Below are positions 6,876 through 16,337 of a DNA stretch of 41,105 bases, piece after piece (positions within the stretch are counted from its first letter, which is position 1; each line of letters opens with the position of its first letter). The notes beneath the pieces were generated by a model. The model was given only the letters and a program-made list of their open reading frames with translations. It did not search any database and was not told where the DNA came from. Made by a program: the position numbers and the translations under genes. The stretch covers positions 1 through 41,105 of the forward strand of contig DASSSZ010000002.1 of assembly GCA_035708165.1 (NCBI GenBank), in the 5' to 3' direction. Origin of the DNA: Minisyncoccota bacterium. Its GTDB lineage: Bacteria; Patescibacteriota; Minisyncoccia; Phycocordibacterales; UBA2100.

Positions 6876-9083
6876 CTACTGCACCTTGAGCGTGCCGTTC
6901 CTGATCTGCGTGATCAGCGACTGCGCCTCAGACTTCACCGAAGCGTCCTGCGTGCTTGCCGCGATGGATTCGAGCTGGCTGATTGCCTTGCTCGTCTGGC
7001 CATCCTGGTAGTAGGCGGCTGCGAGCCCGAACTGCGCCTGGAGATTCTCCGGATGCGCCGCAAGGTAGCCCTGCCAGATCGAGATGAGCTTGCCGTACTG
7101 CTTGGTAGCCGCGTATGCCGCGACCACGCGCTGGTCCGCGATGATCCCCTTGCCGGCAAGATCGCTCACGAGCTGGTCCGCCTCGTCCGTCTTGCCATCG
7201 TAGATGGCTGCCATGGCGTAGAAGGCTTCGGCATCCGTATCGCTCGTATCGAGCTCGTACGTCTGCTTGAGGAGCTGGTAGGCCTGATCGTTCTGGCCGA
7301 GGGCGATCTGCGCGAGCGCGAGCTGGAAGCTGATCGTCTGCTTCGCCGGCGAGAGGTCGTGCGCCTTCTCGAGGCTCGGGAGCGCGCTCGTGGCATCGCC
7401 CGAGGAGGCAACGAGTGCGCCGAGGAAGAGCGGGAATCGCGCATCGAGCGGCGCTTCCTGCATCTGCTTCTGCATCTCGCTGGTGGCGAGCTGGTAGAAG
7501 CTGGTGCGCGTCGAGGTGGCGATGCTGGTCTGCCCGATCACATTCATCGCGATCTGCACGAGCTGCTCGCGGGTCTCCTGCTCGCCGAGGCTGTTATACG
7601 AGAGTGCCTTCTCGAAATCGTCGAGGCTGGCCTCCGGCGTCGACTGCGAGACAGCGGAAAGGAGCGCGCGATTCTGCTGGTAGGCGTTCCAGTTCACGAG
7701 GTAGACGGTCCCGAGGCCAAGCACGATGCCGGCAGCGGCAAGGTACGGCAGCGCGACCGCGGGGACGAACCCTCGCGCCGGAAAAGCAGGCGACCCGCCT
7801 TCGCGCGTCGCGCGTACCGCGATATAGCCCAGCACGAAGACGAACATGAGATAACTCGTGATGTTATCGAACACCACCATGTTATTGACCACATAGCCCG
7901 CAAGGAGGCCGGTGAGGAGCGCGCGTTCGAGCGGCGTGAAGGCGGCGCTCCGCCAGAGCATCCAGAGCGCGGCGACGAAGATGCCGCAGTACGCGAGGAA
8001 GCCGAGGAGGCCGCCCGCGATCAGCCAATCGAAGACGATGTTGTGCACGCGGTCGAACCACTGCTCCTGCGCCCACATGGCCGGGTTGTAGTACTTATCG
8101 AAGACGACGTTGTACTGCGACTGCCCCCACCCGAGGAGCATGCGCTGCGGGCTCTCCGTGAAGCCCTGCCATGCCATGCCCCAGTTCATGAATCGAGCGA
8201 TCGTCGTATCGTCCGTGAGCGAGATGGATGCAAGCCGGTGCAGCGGGCCCACTTTCTGCACGATCGGCGTATTGATGAGGAGGAAGAAGAGCCCGACCAG
8301 CACCACGAAGCCCCCGAGGATGCCGACACTCGCCTTCCACAGCACCTTCGATTCGCGGCCGATGAAGAGCATCAGGAACGCGGAGAACAGGACGCCAGCG
8401 AAGAGGCCGAGGATGGCCCCGCGCGTCTCGGTGAAGAAGAGGGAGAAGAACTGGAGCGCCATGATGGGCCCGAGCGCCCAGCCCCATCCGCGCCTGCCCT
8501 CGCGCCAGAGCTGCATCCAGAGCATCGCTGTGATGAAGAGCAGGAAGAGCATGTAGACGGCAAGGTAGGTGGAGTTGCCGAGGGTGGCATCGAGCCGCGT
8601 CGAGCCCTGGTCGATCGGAATCATCCCGATGAACTGCAGGATGCTATAGAAGCCCACGATGACCGAGATCCCGATATTGGTGGCGAAGAACCAGCGCCAG
8701 AGCCGCTCCACATGCAGCATCGAGCTCATGACCACGAAGAGGACGAAGAGGTGCGCGAGCGTCACCCAGCCCTCCATCCGCTCGAAGTTGCTCCAGAAGC
8801 TCTTGAAGGGATCCGTGCCCTGCAGATCCGCCACTGCGATGATCGCGATGAAGATCGCGAACGCACCGAGGAGCCAGGAGCGCTTCGGCCGGTACGTCGG
8901 CGAGACGAGCGCCAGCATGAGCCAGAGCGCTGCGATGAGCTCGACGACGACGCGGAAGAAGAAGTTCTTCCCCGTGATGAAGGGGAAGAACATGCTCTGA
9001 GTAATGATGAGCGGCACGATCGGCAGCACGAAGATGCCGCCGAGGATCGTCCACTTGAGGGCTTTCTCGATGAAGGTGTTCAT
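6876..9083 (-). CDS. O-antigen ligase/oligosaccharyltransferase-family membrane protein with C-terminal TPR repeats
   Basis: Multiple TM helices; RLDATLGNSTYLA, FTETRGAILG, LLGWGQSQY and DRVHNIVFDWL motifs; helical TPR-like C-terminus. Confidence 0.85.
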   Translation of the reverse strand: MNTFIEKALKWTILGGIFVLPIVPLIITQSMFFPFITGKNFFFRVVVELIAALWLMLALVSPTYRPKRSWLLGAFAIFIAIIAVADLQGTDPFKSFWSNFERMEGWVTLAHLFVLFVVMSSMLHVERLWRWFFATNIGISVIVGFYSILQFIGMIPIDQGSTRLDATLGNSTYLAVYMLFLLFITAMLWMQLWREGRRGWGWALGPIMALQFFSLFFTETRGAILGLFAGVLFSAFLMLFIGRESKVLWKASVGILGGFVVLVGLFFLLINTPIVQKVGPLHRLASISLTDDTTIARFMNWGMAWQGFTESPQRMLLGWGQSQYNVVFDKYYNPAMWAQEQWFDRVHNIVFDWLIAGGLLGFLAYCGIFVAALWMLWRSAAFTPLERALLTGLLAGYVVNNMVVFDNITSYLMFVFVLGYIAVRATREGGSPAFPARGFVPAVALPYLAAAGIVLGLGTVYLVNWNAYQQNRALLSAVSQSTPEASLDDFEKALSYNSLGEQETREQLVQIAMNVIGQTSIATSTRTSFYQLATSEMQKQMQEAPLDARFPLFLGALVASSGDATSALPSLEKAHDLSPAKQTISFQLALAQIALGQNDQAYQLLKQTYELDTSDTDAEAFYAMAAIYDGKTDEADQLVSDLAGKGIIADQRVVAAYAATKQYGKLISIWQGYLAAHPENLQAQFGLAAAYYQDGQTSKAISQLESIAASTQDASVKSEAQSLITQIRNGTLKVQ

Positions 9084-9169
9084 ATGGCTCGCAGTATACC
9101 GCCCGCTCCCGAGTGGACCAACTCGGATTTCTGTGGCATTGCGGACGCTGCCAGGCTACTATGGAGCCC

Positions 9170-10441
9170 ATGGATTCCCTCAAAAGCGGCGTCGTCCGCC
9201 TCCTGCGCTGGAGCGAGAAGTACACCAAGACGGATATGGTCTATCTCGCCAAGGGGGGATTCTGGCTCGTACTTGCCCAGGTAGGTTCTGTCCTGCTCTC
9301 CTTCGCGCTCGCGGTCGCATTCGGCCACCTCGCCGGCCAGGACACCTACGGGAACTACAAATACGTAATCTCACTCGCCGGCCTCTTCACGGCTTTTTCG
9401 CTCACCGGCATCGGAACGGCAGTGACCCAAGCCACAGCACGTGGCTATGAAGGATCGCTCCGTCAAGGCGCCCGGCTCTCGCTGAAATGGGGCTGGGGCG
9501 TTTCTGTACTCGCGCTCGCTGTTGCCGGATACTACTTTTTCTTCGAGCACGATGCCTTCCTAGCCGTCGCACTCGTCATTGTTGCCGTGTGCATGCCGCT
9601 GATGAATGCATACTCGCTATTCGGCTCATTCCTGAATGGGAAGAAGGATTTCACTCGGAGCAGCATCTACGGGGTGCTGAATGCCGCCCTCCCCACTCTC
9701 ATACTCATCGCAGCGCTCTTCTGGACGGATCGCGCCATCGTCTTCATCATCACGTACTTCGTCGCGAATACGATTGCGGATATCATTGCCCACATTACCA
9801 CCCTGCGACATGCAAAAAACGAGGAGCAGGACCCGGACATCTTCTTGTACGGCACGCACCTCTCCGTGATGGGCATCGTCAATACCATTGCCAGTAAGAT
9901 CGATAGCGTGAGCGTATTCATCCTGCTCGGCCCTGTGCAGCTAGCCATCTATGCGTATGCAGCCGCCATCCCGGAGCAGATCAAGGGCGGCATCAAGATC
10001 ATCGGTGCGCTCGCGATGCCAAAATTCTCCCAGCGCACAGTCAGCGAGATCAAGGCAACGATCTGGGGCCGAATCTTTCTTCTGACTGCGGCACTCGCGT
10101 GCGCAGTGCTTGTTTATGTCGGGCTCGCGCACTGGATTTTCGCATTGTTCTTCCCCGTCTACATGGACTCTATCTGGTACTCCCAGTTGTATGCAGCATC
10201 AATCGTATTCACCGGCTTCGTCACTCCGCTTACAGCCATCCTGCAAGCTCAACGAAAGACTCGTGAATTGTATTTCGCTACCTCAGTCGGCTCGGTCACG
10301 CTGATCATTCTCCTCCCCGTTCTCACCTTCTTCTGGGGGATCCTCGGTGCCGTAATCAGTCAGATTCTCTATCGCGCCGTGAATGCCGGAACAGCGATTA
10401 TTTTGACACTGAGACTGCAAGATGATCAGCTCCTTTCTTGA
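9170..10441 (+). CDS. wzx: Oligosaccharide flippase (Wzx / polysaccharide biosynthesis family)
   Basis: About 12-14 TM helices; YGNYKYVISLAG, KIDSVSV..LGPVQLAIY, FWGILGAVIS. TACTAT lies 7 nt before the ATG at 9170. Confidence 0.85.
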   Translation: MDSLKSGVVRLLRWSEKYTKTDMVYLAKGGFWLVLAQVGSVLLSFALAVAFGHLAGQDTYGNYKYVISLAGLFTAFSLTGIGTAVTQATARGYEGSLRQGARLSLKWGWGVSVLALAVAGYYFFFEHDAFLAVALVIVAVCMPLMNAYSLFGSFLNGKKDFTRSSIYGVLNAALPTLILIAALFWTDRAIVFIITYFVANTIADIIAHITTLRHAKNEEQDPDIFLYGTHLSVMGIVNTIASKIDSVSVFILLGPVQLAIYAYAAAIPEQIKGGIKIIGALAMPKFSQRTVSEIKATIWGRIFLLTAALACAVLVYVGLAHWIFALFFPVYMDSIWYSQLYAASIVFTGFVTPLTAILQAQRKTRELYFATSVGSVTLIILLPVLTFFWGILGAVISQILYRAVNAGTAIILTLRLQDDQLLS

Positions 10442-10917
10442 GAGATAGTGCCGAGCGCCCTGGCAGGCACTCCGGCAACGATTGTTTCCGCCTCCACGTC
10501 ACGAGTAACCACTGCACCGGCTCCAATAACCGCGTGCTCGCCTATTCGCACCCCGGGATTGATAATCGCCCCGGCGCCTATCCATACTCCATTGTCGATG
10601 TGCACGCGCCCTTTTAGATGACCACGTGCGGCTCCGGTTTTCCGGTAGTCCAGTCCTGCCGAGCTGATAATCGTGCCAGAAGATATATGTACGTCATCGC
10701 CGATCAAAACGGTATCCTTGGCGTTGATTGTTACGAACGGATTGATTACTACCCTATTGCCGACCGTAACCCACGCCGCACCCTGCACTGCAATTTTTCC
10801 CGTAATACGCAGATCTACGCCCGCTTGTTCAAATTGCGTCCTCCAATACGCCGTCCGTAACCATGTAGTTACACGGCGAAGATGTGTGTGTATGTGACAC
10901 GCCAGCTTCTTGCCCAT
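10426..10917 (-). CDS. Hexapeptide-repeat acyltransferase (maltose/galactoside O-acetyltransferase-like)
   Basis: VHIDNGVWIGAGAIINPGVRIGEHAVIGAGAVVTRDV...VAGVPAR. Confidence 0.9.
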   Translation of the reverse strand: MGKKLACHIHTHLRRVTTWLRTAYWRTQFEQAGVDLRITGKIAVQGAAWVTVGNRVVINPFVTINAKDTVLIGDDVHISSGTIISSAGLDYRKTGAARGHLKGRVHIDNGVWIGAGAIINPGVRIGEHAVIGAGAVVTRDVEAETIVAGVPARALGTISQERS

Positions 10918-10923
10918 ATTATT

Positions 10924-11577
10924 TTATTTGCGCGCGAAAACGTAATAACCGGATGTCATGATGGATGGTACTGGCACGGTACCCATGCCACTGCGACGAC
11001 CATACTCTTTCTTGATTAAGAGCTTAAGTAGGCCTGCTGTTCTTGCCAACGCTAGAAGGAGCGTTTTTGTTAAGATGCCGCCCCGCAGATCTGTTTGATA
11101 TGCAATCCTTTGCATCAAAATCCCAAATGTCTCAGAGGTCGATGACTCAGCTTGAATTTTGACATCGGTCCAATCACGAAAAAGGTGTGCCAGCCCGTAT
11201 TCGGTGTAACGATAATAATCTCCTGGGGCATCGTGAATCGGAAATACGAAACGTGTCGTCAGAATAATTCTTCCATTCTCCTTGAGCACGCGGCGCATCT
11301 CAGACAAAGCGCGCTCAGGAGTGTGAAGATGCTCCAAGACTTCCGTGCAAACGATACATTCGAATGTGGCATCTTCAAAAGGTAGGTCATGGGCATCGCC
11401 TACGATATCGACCCCTGGCGCCTGATATACATCCAAACCAACCCGGTTCGGGAAGAATTGCGAATATGGGGAATGCGCACAACCAAGATCAAGCGTGTAG
11501 GCATCGGATGCATGCGACTCAATGAACACATCGAGTCGTTCGCGCGTCATTTTCGACAATAAAAATTTCTTAAGCAT
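10924..11577 (-). CDS. Class I SAM-dependent methyltransferase (Methyltransf_11-like)
   Basis: TLDLGCA, VGDAHDLPFEDATFECIVCTEVLEHL, HDAPGDYYRYT. Confidence 0.88.
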   Translation of the reverse strand: MLKKFLLSKMTRERLDVFIESHASDAYTLDLGCAHSPYSQFFPNRVGLDVYQAPGVDIVGDAHDLPFEDATFECIVCTEVLEHLHTPERALSEMRRVLKENGRIILTTRFVFPIHDAPGDYYRYTEYGLAHLFRDWTDVKIQAESSTSETFGILMQRIAYQTDLRGGILTKTLLLALARTAGLLKLLIKKEYGRRSGMGTVPVPSIMTSGYYVFARK

Positions 11578-12643
11578 GAGCCATGAAGTCTATGATTGCG
11601 CGTGCACGTGCATCCCAAGTGTAGCTGCTAACTTTCCGACGCGCCAAGCGCGCTCGCGACCCATCCATACCATCGAGCGCCTGCAAGATTCCTAGTACAA
11701 GAGAACCCGGATTGCCCGGCTCGCAAAATACTGCCTCATCATCCGATAGCACTTCACGCACTGATGGTAAGTCAGACGCTACAATAGGAACACCGCTTGC
11801 CATGTACTCGAATAGTTTGAGCGGGGAGGTATATCGTTCTGATATAGGATTTCCAGACTTATTCGGGAGTACAAGAACATCGCATGCGGATTGCATCGCA
11901 GGAATCAGGGTCGGATCGGCCCTCCCTTCGAATCGAATCATCGGGTAGAGCTTGCGCAGCGACTCAACCTCTTCCGTGTTTCCTCCGATAATCCAAAAGA
12001 GCCAGTCCGATGGAGCTTTGTCTGACGCAGCGAGTAATACATCTACACCCTTCCAACTATGAACCCCGATACTTCCTGTGTATCCGATCACCTTCCTGTC
12101 GTACGGTAGTCTGAATCGTTCACGTGCTTCATGCTTACTTGGAAGGTTCTCGTAACGCGACAAATCCACTCCATCAGGCGCAACCAATATATGGTCACGT
12201 TCTATGCCCAATTCAACAAGCTCATCTGCGATTGCCTGTGTAATTGCAATGCACCCCGCAGTATGGCGTACCGCCCACTTGAAAAAGAAGTCTTTTTTAA
12301 TCCAGTGCACCCCAAAAAAGCATTCAACATGGATGCGCATAACGGCTGTCCAGATCAGAAAGAAAAACAGGAGTCTTTCTTCACGGCAGAAGACGTGAGT
12401 AACACCGAGACGCTTTGCTTGACGGGCAAAACGGAAGGCGAGAAACGGACTGCGAAGCCATCCGCGAATTGGCACGATTGTGAAATCAACCGAAAGTTTG
12501 GAACGTTCCGGCAGGCCTAGCATGAACATTCCTCCCAACTGTGTATGGAACGCACGCGACATGCTGAGAATTTGCAATCGGTTCGCAAGCTCTGATGGAT
12601 AGAGCGCAGATGATATATAGAAGTATTTCTTACTGATCGTCAT
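11570..12643 (-). CDS. Glycosyltransferase family 4 (GT-B)
   Basis: APDGVDL, IGYTGS, SPLKLFEYMASGVPIVASDLP. Confidence 0.9.
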   Translation of the reverse strand: MTISKKYFYISSALYPSELANRLQILSMSRAFHTQLGGMFMLGLPERSKLSVDFTIVPIRGWLRSPFLAFRFARQAKRLGVTHVFCREERLLFFFLIWTAVMRIHVECFFGVHWIKKDFFFKWAVRHTAGCIAITQAIADELVELGIERDHILVAPDGVDLSRYENLPSKHEARERFRLPYDRKVIGYTGSIGVHSWKGVDVLLAASDKAPSDWLFWIIGGNTEEVESLRKLYPMIRFEGRADPTLIPAMQSACDVLVLPNKSGNPISERYTSPLKLFEYMASGVPIVASDLPSVREVLSDDEAVFCEPGNPGSLVLGILQALDGMDGSRARLARRKVSSYTWDARARAIIDFMAHA

Positions 12644-12644
12644 A

Positions 12645-13682
12645 TCAATCTTGCTTCATCTCCTTCATAAGTCGTCGCGCCAGTGACTCCAGCGAATGCA
12701 TGTTGATGATTGTCTGGAGAGGCCCTGTTGCCTTTGCAGCCGCCGCTCCATCGAGCTCGAGCAGTGGCACCAAGGCCTTCTGCAGTGAGTCGGCAGTATC
12801 CCCTGCTGCGAATTCAGCAGGTGCAATAGCTGTCCAATCCGCGCTACTCGCGAGCGTCAGGCAGCCGCATGCTGCCGCCTCGAAAATCGTCTTGTCGAAC
12901 ATCCCGGACGGCGAGACATTCACGAAGACCTGATGCGCCTGATAGAGCTGCGGCGCCTCCGCGTGTGAGACCGCGCCGTGGAATTGCACTCGCTCTGCGA
13001 TGCCGAGTTCCTTCGCCTTCGCTTTGAGCGATTCGTAATACTGCTCATCGGCCGGCAATGGCGAACCGACTATATCTGCTGTGAATGCGATGCCATCATT
13101 CCAAAGCGCGCCGAGCGCATCGAGCAGCATGTCCGGGCGCTTCGACGGCGCGATGCGCGCAAGAAAGAGTATGGAGCGCGGAAGCCGTGCCACCGCCGGG
13201 TCGGGATGGAATCGGTCGGTATCGACGCCGACCGGCATGAAGACCGTCTTGCCGAACTTCGCAGTATACGAGCGTTTCGATGTACAGAAGACTTTCGTAC
13301 AGAACGCAGCAGCCAGATCAGTCAGCCAGGAGCCAGCGTAGTGATTGCGCCACATGTAGATGCGCTTGTTCATCAGCTTCCAGAACCAGCCGGCAAGGAG
13401 AATGTACTCCTGATTCATATGAACGAAGACGGCATCGTAGCTCCCGCGTTCGCGCCATGCGTATCGGAACAAGCGAGATACGTACTTGATGCGGGAACGT
13501 CCTTCCTCTTTCCCGAGCGAGAGGACCTTCACGTTTTCCGGCAACTCCCCATGCCCACCCTCCTTGAGGCAGATGACTGTAACCTGCTCGCAATGCTTCG
13601 CGAGCTCTGCGATCCAGCGCACGAAGAAACCCAGCGCCTGGTCGCGCCCATCCATCGCCTGAGTCACAACAAGAAGCTTCAT
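12645..13682 (-). CDS. Glycosyltransferase family 4
   Basis: GVDTDRF, ILFLARIAPSKRPD, FDKTIFEAAACG. Confidence 0.9.
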   Translation of the reverse strand: MKLLVVTQAMDGRDQALGFFVRWIAELAKHCEQVTVICLKEGGHGELPENVKVLSLGKEEGRSRIKYVSRLFRYAWRERGSYDAVFVHMNQEYILLAGWFWKLMNKRIYMWRNHYAGSWLTDLAAAFCTKVFCTSKRSYTAKFGKTVFMPVGVDTDRFHPDPAVARLPRSILFLARIAPSKRPDMLLDALGALWNDGIAFTADIVGSPLPADEQYYESLKAKAKELGIAERVQFHGAVSHAEAPQLYQAHQVFVNVSPSGMFDKTIFEAAACGCLTLASSADWTAIAPAEFAAGDTADSLQKALVPLLELDGAAAAKATGPLQTIINMHSLESLARRLMKEMKQD

Positions 13683-14335
13683 GCGGTATGCGGCCTCACG
13701 CGAAGCGTAAAGAAGCGATGATATGTATCAAGCACGGGCGTCTGTTCGGCTACGATATCGAAATGCTCACTGAGAGCAGCGCGGAACTGCGCAAGTGTCG
13801 TCGTATGCCCGTCGATTTCCCAATGATGCTGTGTCGAGATGGCAAACCCGGGGAATCGTACAGGCCAGCGGAATGCAAGATCAATCATGCTTCTCTTCAG
13901 GAGTGATCGCATTCCCGGGAACTTGAGCACGAACTCGAATCCCGTACGACGATGCGGGACTGAAAGCAGTACTGTTCGCTTGCTCACCCGTGCAAGTTCA
14001 GCAAGTGCCTTCTTCATCTCGTCGAACGGGAGGTGTTCGAGAACTTCATAAATACAGACGGCATCAAAGGATCTGTCGGGGAGTTCGATTGATCTGACAT
14101 CGCCAACGACATCGGGCCTCAGCGATACATCGAAATCAAATGTGGTCATCGAAATACTCTTCCTCACGAGACTCGGCACAACCCCATCCCCCACGCCTAT
14201 GAAAAGGAGTGACTCGGGCGCGGCCTGACGTATACCTTTAATCTGGTAGAAATACGAGATAAAACGCTCGAGCGATGCATATTTCTCCGTCAAGTAATAC
14301 CCTTCCGGAACCTGGACATCCATGTCGAGCATCAT
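13679..14335 (-). CDS. Class I SAM-dependent methyltransferase (start uncertain, 14323-14365)
   Basis: LLFIGVGDG, VVGDVRSIELPDRSFDAVCIYEVLEHLPF, HHWEI. Confidence 0.82.
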   Translation of the reverse strand: MMLDMDVQVPEGYYLTEKYASLERFISYFYQIKGIRQAAPESLLFIGVGDGVVPSLVRKSISMTTFDFDVSLRPDVVGDVRSIELPDRSFDAVCIYEVLEHLPFDEMKKALAELARVSKRTVLLSVPHRRTGFEFVLKFPGMRSLLKRSMIDLAFRWPVRFPGFAISTQHHWEIDGHTTTLAQFRAALSEHFDIVAEQTPVLDTYHRFFTLRVRPHTA

Positions 14336-14357
14336 ACCAGCTTGGCATGTGCCGACG

Positions 14358-15239
14358 CTAGACACCGAAATCAGGACCGTACACGCCTTCGAGCAAGTCG
14401 AGGTCCTTTTCGCTCTCGGTCAGGAGCTCGATATTCTTGCACTCCATGGCACGCAGCATCGCAAGCGCGCGAGCATCCTGGGGCAACGCCTTTTCATACG
14501 CCTCACGAAGTGCCGCAAAATCCTTGATGAAGCAGTGGCCGCCTGCGCCGCGACCGGGCGTGGCACCAGGGTGGCCACTCATATCCACCACGCGCAGATG
14601 CGAACCGCCGATGCGCGGGTCGGCAGCCATCGCTTCCCGGATCGGGTCCCAGGACGCGCCGTTCGCTTCTGCGAGGTCGTGCAGGAGGTTCGCGAAGAGC
14701 ACTTTCGTGAACAGGAAGCCGTTGCCGGCGTACTTTATGAGCTCGGCCTCGCGCGCATTGCACACGAGGAAGAAGGGCGCTTCCGGCAGGACGGCGAGTA
14801 CCGCGTCGGCTGCAGCACGATATTCCTCCGTATCCTCCGGGATGCCGATGATGTTCCGATCCGGGTGCGCGGCATCGTACGCCGCGCTCGCCTCGCGCAG
14901 GAATTCCGGCGAGTGGACGACGAGGAGTGATGGATACTGCTGCGCGAGCGATTCCGTCGTCCCGAGCGTGATCGTGGATTTCACGACCGCGATCTTCCCC
15001 TCCCCTACGAGCGCGAGGGATGTGCGGACGATCGAATCATCGAAGCCTTCGGGCGTGGTCGGCGTCGGCACTGCGATGAAGACGATGTCGCACTCGCGGA
15101 TCCGATCCTTGTTGGATACGTACGGCTCCTCAAGCGCGTAGCGCACGACCAAAAAGCCCCTCTGCTCGAAATCATCGGCATAATTCTTGCCGATGAAGCC
15201 CTGCCCGATGAAGCCGATCAATGGCTTGGATCCTGCCAT
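14358..15239 (-). CDS. UDP-glucose/GDP-mannose dehydrogenase family protein (short, 293 aa)
   Basis: IGFIGQGFIG, VFIAVPTP, VKSTI, HSPEFLRE, AELIKY, GAGGHCFIKD. Confidence 0.88.
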   Translation of the reverse strand: MAGSKPLIGFIGQGFIGKNYADDFEQRGFLVVRYALEEPYVSNKDRIRECDIVFIAVPTPTTPEGFDDSIVRTSLALVGEGKIAVVKSTITLGTTESLAQQYPSLLVVHSPEFLREASAAYDAAHPDRNIIGIPEDTEEYRAAADAVLAVLPEAPFFLVCNAREAELIKYAGNGFLFTKVLFANLLHDLAEANGASWDPIREAMAADPRIGGSHLRVVDMSGHPGATPGRGAGGHCFIKDFAALREAYEKALPQDARALAMLRAMECKNIELLTESEKDLDLLEGVYGPDFGV

Positions 15240-15260
15240 ACCCGGCCATTGTAACTGAGA

Positions 15261-16337
15261 TCAGGCCCTCGGGCGACTTCCCGCGGCCGCGGCGATATCG
15301 GCAGCCCAGGCGGCTACATACTCCTCCTCGCTGGCATAGGGGTACGCGAGCAAGCGGCCTTTCGGCAGGTCGCCTTTGGCGATGAGGTGCGCGAGCGCAC
15401 CGGCGAAGTCGTCGCTCGGGAAGGGAGCAATGAGGGCGCCCGCTTCCGCGGCGATGCCGACATCAGTCGCGAGGACCGGAACCCCGGCAGCGAGCGCCTC
15501 GACGATGACGAGGCCGTACCCTTCGTACGCAGACGGCACGAGCACGATATCCGCCTTTGCCAGCAGCGGAGCCGGATCGGTGCGGCCGAGGAAGGCTACG
15601 CGCTCAGCGACCCCGAGCTCGCGGGTGAACGCTTCGAGCCGCGCCCGCAGGCTCCCCTCGCCCGCTATCGTGAGCCCGGCATGCCGGATGCCGAGGCTCT
15701 GCAGGCGCGCAAGCGAGCGGATCGCGATATCCGCGCGCTTTTCCGGCTCGAGCCGGCCGATGAAGAGGAGCGCCGGGTCGAAATGCGGATGCTTCGTGTG
15801 CGGGAGCATATGGAAGCGTTCCACATCCACGAAGATCGGCAGGATGCTGATCGGCGCCTTGGGCCGATACGCCTGCACGATGCGCTCCTTGATGCGCGGA
15901 GAGACGGCGCGGATACCCGCGGCACGCCGCAGCACGAAGCCGGCAAGCAACCGGCGGATGCGGTTGAGTCTCGAGTGCGCGGCGTAGCCGGGCGCGAGGA
16001 AATCCGTGTGCACCTGCACGTGGAGGGGCACCTTCCTGCGCCGCGCGGCGAAGAGCGCGGCAAGGCCCGTCTCGAACGGATCCTGCGCCGTGATCGCCTC
16101 CGGCGCGGGGAGCGTACGCGCGATCCTGAGCGCATCCCATCCGTAGCGGAGCTTGCTCTTGGAATTCGTGGGGTAGATATGGAGCGGGCCGTCGTGCTGC
16201 GGCTCGCCGCTAGCCCCGAGCGAGAAGATGATGGCGTGCAGCTCGCCGAGCGCAGCGGCGTATCGCCGCTGGCGTTCGCGCGCCGGCGAGTCCGGGTCGA
16301 GGATCGTGCGATCGGTGCCGAATGCTATGACGCGCAT
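15261..16337 (-). CDS. Glycosyltransferase family 4
   Basis: LLFIGRLEPEK, YEGYGLVIVEALAAGVPVLATDVG. Confidence 0.9.
   Translation of the reverse strand: MRVIAFGTDRTILDPDSPARERQRRYAAALGELHAIIFSLGASGEPQHDGPLHIYPTNSKSKLRYGWDALRIARTLPAPEAITAQDPFETGLAALFAARRRKVPLHVQVHTDFLAPGYAAHSRLNRIRRLLAGFVLRRAAGIRAVSPRIKERIVQAYRPKAPISILPIFVDVERFHMLPHTKHPHFDPALLFIGRLEPEKRADIAIRSLARLQSLGIRHAGLTIAGEGSLRARLEAFTRELGVAERVAFLGRTDPAPLLAKADIVLVPSAYEGYGLVIVEALAAGVPVLATDVGIAAEAGALIAPFPSDDFAGALAHLIAKGDLPKGRLLAYPYASEEEYVAAWAADIAAAAGSRPRA

Noticed and set aside
2886-9284. Long plus-strand ORFs such as 2886-4043, 5704-6759 and 7053-9284
   Set aside because: GC-rich antisense shadows of secA, the PaaX-like gene and the O-ligase gene
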